The translations under genes and the position numbers were made by a program. Below, piece after piece: positions 59,668 through 64,000 of a stretch of DNA of 64,000 nt (positions within the stretch are counted from its first letter, which is position 1; each line of letters starts with the position of its first letter). This DNA is from a bacterium (GTDB lineage Bacteria; Patescibacteriota; Patescibacteriia; SG8-24), in the NCBI GenBank assembly GCA_021824285.1, contig JAKAKZ010000003.1, forward strand, positions 571 through 64,570, read 5' to 3'. The notes beneath the pieces are model-generated. The model saw only the letters and a program-made list of their open reading frames with translations, was not told the DNA's origin and did not search any database.

Positions 59668-61176
59668 ATGCAGATGCAAACCGATAAGGCCCTGGATGCC
59701 CTTCGTACGGCTCTCAAGGAGATCGCCTACTGCAATGCCGCCAAGGCGGCGCTCGAGTGGGACATGGAGACCGGCATGCCGGTCGCCGGTTCAGAGGCAC
59801 GAGCCGAGACGGTCGCGTTCCTGGCCGGGTTGGCCCACGAGAAGTCCGTGGCGCCGGATTACGGCGAGGCCCTCACGTTCCTGCGGGAACAGGCCGAGGC
59901 CGGCAAGCTGTCGGCCGACGATTCGGCCCTGGTGGCGCTGGCCTGGCGGCAGTACGACCGCGAACGGCGCCTTTCCGGCGAATTCGTCCGCGAGCTGTCG
60001 AACCTCACTGCCGCTTCGCACCACGTGTGGGCCGAGGCGCGGCGGCAGTCCGCTTTCGGGCTGTTCCGTCCGAACCTCGAGCGCATCGTGGCGCTGAAGC
60101 GCGAACAGGCGCAGGCGCTCGGCGGCGGTTCGGCTCCGTATGACGCTCTGCTCGACGAGTTCGAGCCCGGAGCCCGCACGGATGCGCTCTCGGAGGTCTT
60201 CGGCCGGCTGCGCCGCGACCTGTCGGCCCTAGTCCGGAAGATCCAGACGGGAGACCAGCCACCGGTCCTTCCGGGGATTTCGCTGCCGCTCGACCGTCAG
60301 GTCCAGTGGAACCGCGATTTTGCCGCCCTGCTGGGCTTCGACTTCCAGGCTGGCCGTCTCGATGTCAGCGCCCATCCGTTCACCATGAGGCTGCATGTCG
60401 GCGACGTGCGCATCACCACGCGCTACGATTCCGCCGACCTGCTCTACTCGCTCATGAGCACGGCGCACGAGACCGGTCACGCCCTCTACGAGCAGGGACT
60501 GCCGGCCGCGAGCTACGGCACGCCGGTCGGCGAGGCGGCCTCGCTCGGCCTGCATGAGTCGCAGTCGCGGCTCTGGGAGAACCTCGTGGCGCGCAGCCGG
60601 CCTTTCTGCGACGCGCTGCTCGAGCGCCTGCAGGGTGACGGCCACCTGTCCGGCCTGGACGCGGCGGAGTTCTACCGCTCGTTCAACCGCGTGACGCCGT
60701 CGCTCATCAGGACGGAGGCCGACGAGGTGACCTACAACCTCCACATCTGCCTGCGCTTCGAGATCGAGCGCGACCTCATCGAAGGACGGCTCGCGGTCGC
60801 GGACCTGCCCGAGGTCTGGAACGCCAAGATGAACGAGTATCTCGGCGTCGCCGTGCCGTCCGACGCGGATGGCGTGCTGCAGGACGTGCACTGGTCGTCT
60901 GGCCTCTTCGGCTACTTCCCGACCTACGCGCTCGGCAACATCTACTCGGCCCAGCTGTTCGAGGCCGCGCGCCGCGATCTGCCGGACCTGGACGGTCTCG
61001 TCCGCCGCGGCGACTTCGCCGGGCTGCGGCGCTGGCTCCACGACAAGATCCATCGGCACGGCAGCCGGTATGGCGTGGAGGAGATGATGCGCCAAGCCGT
61101 GGGCGATGGGTTTCAGGATCCAGCCGCTCTGCTCGACTACCTCGAGCGCAAGTACGGCGAGATCTATCGATTCTGA
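59668..61176 (+). CDS. M32 family carboxypeptidase (carboxypeptidase Taq-like)
   Basis: HETGHALYEQG (HExxH) and overall M32 organisation, ~500 aa. Confidence 0.8.
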   Translation: MQMQTDKALDALRTALKEIAYCNAAKAALEWDMETGMPVAGSEARAETVAFLAGLAHEKSVAPDYGEALTFLREQAEAGKLSADDSALVALAWRQYDRERRLSGEFVRELSNLTAASHHVWAEARRQSAFGLFRPNLERIVALKREQAQALGGGSAPYDALLDEFEPGARTDALSEVFGRLRRDLSALVRKIQTGDQPPVLPGISLPLDRQVQWNRDFAALLGFDFQAGRLDVSAHPFTMRLHVGDVRITTRYDSADLLYSLMSTAHETGHALYEQGLPAASYGTPVGEAASLGLHESQSRLWENLVARSRPFCDALLERLQGDGHLSGLDAAEFYRSFNRVTPSLIRTEADEVTYNLHICLRFEIERDLIEGRLAVADLPEVWNAKMNEYLGVAVPSDADGVLQDVHWSSGLFGYFPTYALGNIYSAQLFEAARRDLPDLDGLVRRGDFAGLRRWLHDKIHRHGSRYGVEEMMRQAVGDGFQDPAALLDYLERKYGEIYRF

Positions 61177-61179
61177 CTT

Positions 61180-61206
61180 TTAAGGGGCTTCGGCCCCTTT
61201 TTTCAT
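61180..61206 (+). terminator. rho-independent terminator
   Basis: aaggggc-ttcg-gcccctt followed by ttttttc. Confidence 0.8.
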
Positions 61207-61298
61207 TTTCGGCCGTTGTCTTGCCTTTTCGGGCCTTCATTGACTAAGGCCGTTTTTGTTGCTAGGTTCAGACCTGGTCCATTTCACTCGGAGAACCT

Positions 61299-61895
61299 AT
61301 GAACGTCACGGAAACGCCGCTCTCCGGCCTCAAGATCGTGGAGCCGACCGTGTTCGAAGACGAGCGCGGCTGGTTCATGGAGGCCCACAACGCCGCCAAG
61401 TTCGCGGCGCTGGGCATCGAGCCCGGCATCGTGCAGATCAACCACAGCCACTCCAAGCAGGGCGTCCTGCGGGGGCTGCATTTTCAGGCTCCGCCGGCGG
61501 ACCAGACCAAGCTCGTGCGCTGCGTCGCCGGCCGCCTGTTCGACGTCGCCGTGGACATCCGCCGCGGCTCGCCGACCTACGGCCAGTGGTATGGGGTCGA
61601 GCTCTCGGCGCAGAACCGTCGCATGCTCTACGTCCCGAGCGGGTTCGCGCACGGCTTCTACGCCATCACGGACTGCGACCTGCTCTACCTCTGCGGCCGG
61701 AACGGCTACAGCAAGGCGGCTGAAGGCGGCCTGAAGTACGACTGTCCGCAGCTGGATATCGTCTGGCCGTACGCCGTGGAGGCCTGGCTGCCGTCGAACC
61801 CGATCGTCATCGCCCGCGATGCGGCCTTCCCCGGTCTCGACGAGTTCGAGTCGCCGTTCGTCTATGCGGCCGCAATGCCGCCGGAGGCGCCATGA
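61299..61895 (+). CDS. rmlC: dTDP-4-dehydrorhamnose 3,5-epimerase
   Basis: GLKIVEPTVFEDERGWFME...LRGLHFQ...MLYVPSGFAHGF is canonical RmlC. A GGAGA RBS lies upstream. Confidence 0.85.
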   Translation: MNVTETPLSGLKIVEPTVFEDERGWFMEAHNAAKFAALGIEPGIVQINHSHSKQGVLRGLHFQAPPADQTKLVRCVAGRLFDVAVDIRRGSPTYGQWYGVELSAQNRRMLYVPSGFAHGFYAITDCDLLYLCGRNGYSKAAEGGLKYDCPQLDIVWPYAVEAWLPSNPIVIARDAAFPGLDEFESPFVYAAAMPPEAP

Positions 61896-62761
61896 AAGTC
61901 ATCGTGCTCGGCTCGCTGGGCAACCTCGGGCAGGAACTGACGCGCGTGCTGCGGGAGCGGCGACACGAGGTCATTGCGCTTGACCGCGCTGATCTCGACG
62001 TCACCGATGCCGCGGCGCTCACGAACCGCCTGCTCGCGGAAGCGCCGCAGCTGATCGTGAACGCCTCGGCCTGGAACGACGTGGACGGGGCGGAGGACCC
62101 GGCCAAACGCCCTTTCGCCTTCCGGCTGAACGCGGACGCGCCGACCACGATGGCCCTCGCGGCCAAGGAGATCGGCGCCGGCTTCGTCCATTTTTCCACG
62201 GACTACGTCTTCGACGGTTCGTCCGCCGCGGGCTACGCGGAAAATGACGAGCCGAAGCCGCTGTCGGCCTACGGGCAGAGCAAGTACCTGGGTGAGCGCT
62301 CCATTGCCGGAGTCGGCGGCCGGTACTTCATCTGCCGGACTTCGAAGCTTTTCGGGCCGCCAGGACAGTCGCCCGCGTCGAAGCCCAGCTTCCTCGCGAC
62401 GATGCTGCGGCTCGCCAAGACGAAGCCGGAGCTCGCCATCGTGGACGAGGAGGTCGGCTGTCCGACCTACACCGCCGATCTGGCGGAAGCCGTGGTCGCG
62501 CTGGCGGAGGATTCCGCGAGCGCACCGGGCATCTACCATCTGGTGAACGACGGTCCGGGTGTGACCTGGTACGGCTTTGCCGAGGAGATCTTCGGCCTGC
62601 TGGGGATCAAAACGCCGCGCCGTCCGGTGTCGGCCGCCGCGTTCCCGCGCGCCGCCCAGGTGCCGAAATCAGCGGTTCTCCGGAACACCAAGACGCTGCC
62701 GCTCCGGCCGCGGCCCGAGGCCCTGCGCTCGTTCTTCGCAGAGCATCCGGAATTGCTTTAG
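61892..62761 (+). CDS. rmlD: dTDP-4-dehydrorhamnose reductase
   Basis: MKVIVLGSLGNLGQEL..., STDYVFDG and YGQSKYLGE (YxxxK) are canonical RmlD. A 4-nt overlap with rmlC. Confidence 0.85.
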   Translation: MKVIVLGSLGNLGQELTRVLRERRHEVIALDRADLDVTDAAALTNRLLAEAPQLIVNASAWNDVDGAEDPAKRPFAFRLNADAPTTMALAAKEIGAGFVHFSTDYVFDGSSAAGYAENDEPKPLSAYGQSKYLGERSIAGVGGRYFICRTSKLFGPPGQSPASKPSFLATMLRLAKTKPELAIVDEEVGCPTYTADLAEAVVALAEDSASAPGIYHLVNDGPGVTWYGFAEEIFGLLGIKTPRRPVSAAAFPRAAQVPKSAVLRNTKTLPLRPRPEALRSFFAEHPELL

Positions 62762-62837
62762 ACCGTCCCTCTATGGGGGGCGGTTTTTTGTCCGCGCGCA
62801 TCTGGACGTCTGATCCCGATTGTGTAATATTGACACC

Positions 62838-63506
62838 ATGCATCATCCCTCGGAGCAGAACATCAAGGTTTCCGCGGACGTGGCCGTCTTCGCCATCAAG
62901 GACGGGGCGCTTTGCGTCCTGCTCATTCAGATGAAGAAGAAGCCGTACGAAGCGCAATGGGCCATGCCCGGCGGTCTCATCGGGGACGCAGAAACTGCGG
63001 CCGATGCCGCGGCGCGGATCCTGAAGGACCAGACCGGATTGGACGGCATCTATTTGGAGCAGCTGCAGACTTTCGACGCGCCGGAGCGCGACGCGCTGGG
63101 GCGCGTGGTGAGCGTGGCCTATATGGCTCTTCTGCCGCGGGCGGCGGAGGATCTGCGCACCACGGATAAGTACGCGGACGTGCGCTGGTGGCCGGTGGCG
63201 AAACTTCCGGCGCTCGCCTACGACCATGCGCATATGGCCGCGACCGCGCTCGCCCGCCTGCGGGCCAAGCTCGGTTACACGAACATTATCGCCAACCTCC
63301 TGCCGGCCAGCTTCACTCTCGGCCAACTGCAGGACGCCTACGAGCGCGTCCTGGGGCAGGAATTGGACAAACGGAATTTCCGCAAAAAGATCCTCGCCCT
63401 GGGTCTCATCGAGGAGACCGGACGGACGACCGCCGGCGCGGCGCATCGGCCTGCGGCGCTGTATCGTTTTCGGAAACGCGGACTGACTTATATCGAGATA
63501 TTGTAA
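62838..63506 (+). CDS. NUDIX-domain protein with C-terminal winged-helix (NrtR-like regulator candidate)
   Basis: NUDIX fold (AVFAIKDGALCVLLIQMKKKPYEAQWAMPGGLIGDAETAADAAARILKDQTG) with a degenerate Nudix box. The C-terminus resembles the NrtR wHTH. Start at the ATG at 62838, preceded ~9 nt upstream by a TGTGTAAT -10. Confidence 0.55.
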   Translation: MHHPSEQNIKVSADVAVFAIKDGALCVLLIQMKKKPYEAQWAMPGGLIGDAETAADAAARILKDQTGLDGIYLEQLQTFDAPERDALGRVVSVAYMALLPRAAEDLRTTDKYADVRWWPVAKLPALAYDHAHMAATALARLRAKLGYTNIIANLLPASFTLGQLQDAYERVLGQELDKRNFRKKILALGLIEETGRTTAGAAHRPAALYRFRKRGLTYIEIL

Positions 63507-63587
63507 GAGGCTGAAGATCAGCTGCCATGCGGAATCAGTCTAGAACGCAAAACGCCGCGGTCGACCGCGGCGTTTCGGTTCTGCCGA

Positions 63588-64000
63588 TCAATTAAGTATT
63601 TTTTCCTTCTGTCTGGCGACCGCCGGGTTTTCGCTGAAAAGCCGGTCAATCAGCGCGGTCGCCTCGGCAATCCGCTTCTCGTGCGGGCCGCGGAGGACGG
63701 CATGGGGTACGCCGGCGGACCGCAGCTCTTCCTCGAAACGCCCATGCATCCAATGGCGCAAGTGCTCGCCGTCACGCAGCGGATCGGTCTCGAACGGAAT
63801 TTCGTCGCCCGTGAGCAAGTAGAGATGCGGCCGGTGCGCGGCGGCGAGCGCTTGGACCGTCGGTGATGGAGTCCCCAGATAGCGCTCGTGCCAAATTGCC
63901 GTGGCGAATGGGTCGGTATCGGTGAACAGCACGCGGCTGGCCACACGGGCCAGGCTGTCCATGAGCCGCAACTGCTGCTCGGCGATATGCGTGAACTCGT
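63588..64000 (-). CDS. partial gene (5' end beyond window); NadR/nucleoside-kinase-like ATPase C-terminal region (tentative)
   Basis: The ORF is open to the window edge. The C-terminal sequence ...YLLTGDEIPFETDPLRDGEH...LRGPHEKRIAEATALIDRLF resembles NadR-type C-termini. It is adjacent to the NrtR-like gene. Confidence 0.35.
   Translation of the reverse strand, partial: EFTHIAEQQLRLMDSLARVASRVLFTDTDPFATAIWHERYLGTPSPTVQALAAAHRPHLYLLTGDEIPFETDPLRDGEHLRHWMHGRFEEELRSAGVPHAVLRGPHEKRIAEATALIDRLFSENPAVARQKEKILN

Noticed and set aside
1-64000. CRISPR arrays, rRNA genes, prophage or integrase genes
   Set aside because: No regularly spaced direct repeats with unique spacers, no rRNA-like conserved stretches, and no integrase, recombinase, capsid or terminase-like ORFs were seen. 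The only transposase is the IS200-like RAYT.

Overview
High-GC (~65%) bacterial chromosomal segment, densely packed and dominated by cell-envelope functions. Housekeeping genes are pyruvate kinase, PEP synthase, the infC-rpmI-rplT operon, smpB plus a standard (non-permuted) tmRNA, and tRNA-Asp(GTC). Most of the window encodes secreted or membrane proteins and surface-glycan biosynthesis. (i) An ECF sigma factor with a DUF5667 membrane partner lies directly upstream of a giant low-complexity surface protein and three paralogs sharing a ~105-aa module; this run is interrupted by an AT-rich IS200-like transposase (RAYT) bracketed by REP clusters, and bounded by two different enzymes (a putative glycoside hydrolase on one side, a subtilisin-like S8 peptidase on the other) that each end in FG-GAP repeats. 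(ii) A glycosylation region holds an O-antigen-ligase-like protein, four GT4 enzymes, GtrA, a GT2 polyprenyl-P sugar synthase, two GT-C-like membrane transferases (DUF2723 and ArnT/PMT-like), tandem UDP-glucuronate decarboxylase (UXS) paralogs, rmlB/C/D, and CDP-alcohol phosphatidyltransferase. Other observations: an AT-rich GIY-YIG nuclease gene nested among tRNA-Asp fragments; two near-identical 62-nt MITE-like elements; several dispersed intergenic repeat families; a uniform TTGACA-N17-TGcTATAnT promoter type; several apparently leaderless starts; and a family of Cys-rich lipoproteins. No rRNA, CRISPR or prophage was seen. Coordinates of hand-called RNA, repeat and regulatory features may be off by 1-2 nt.
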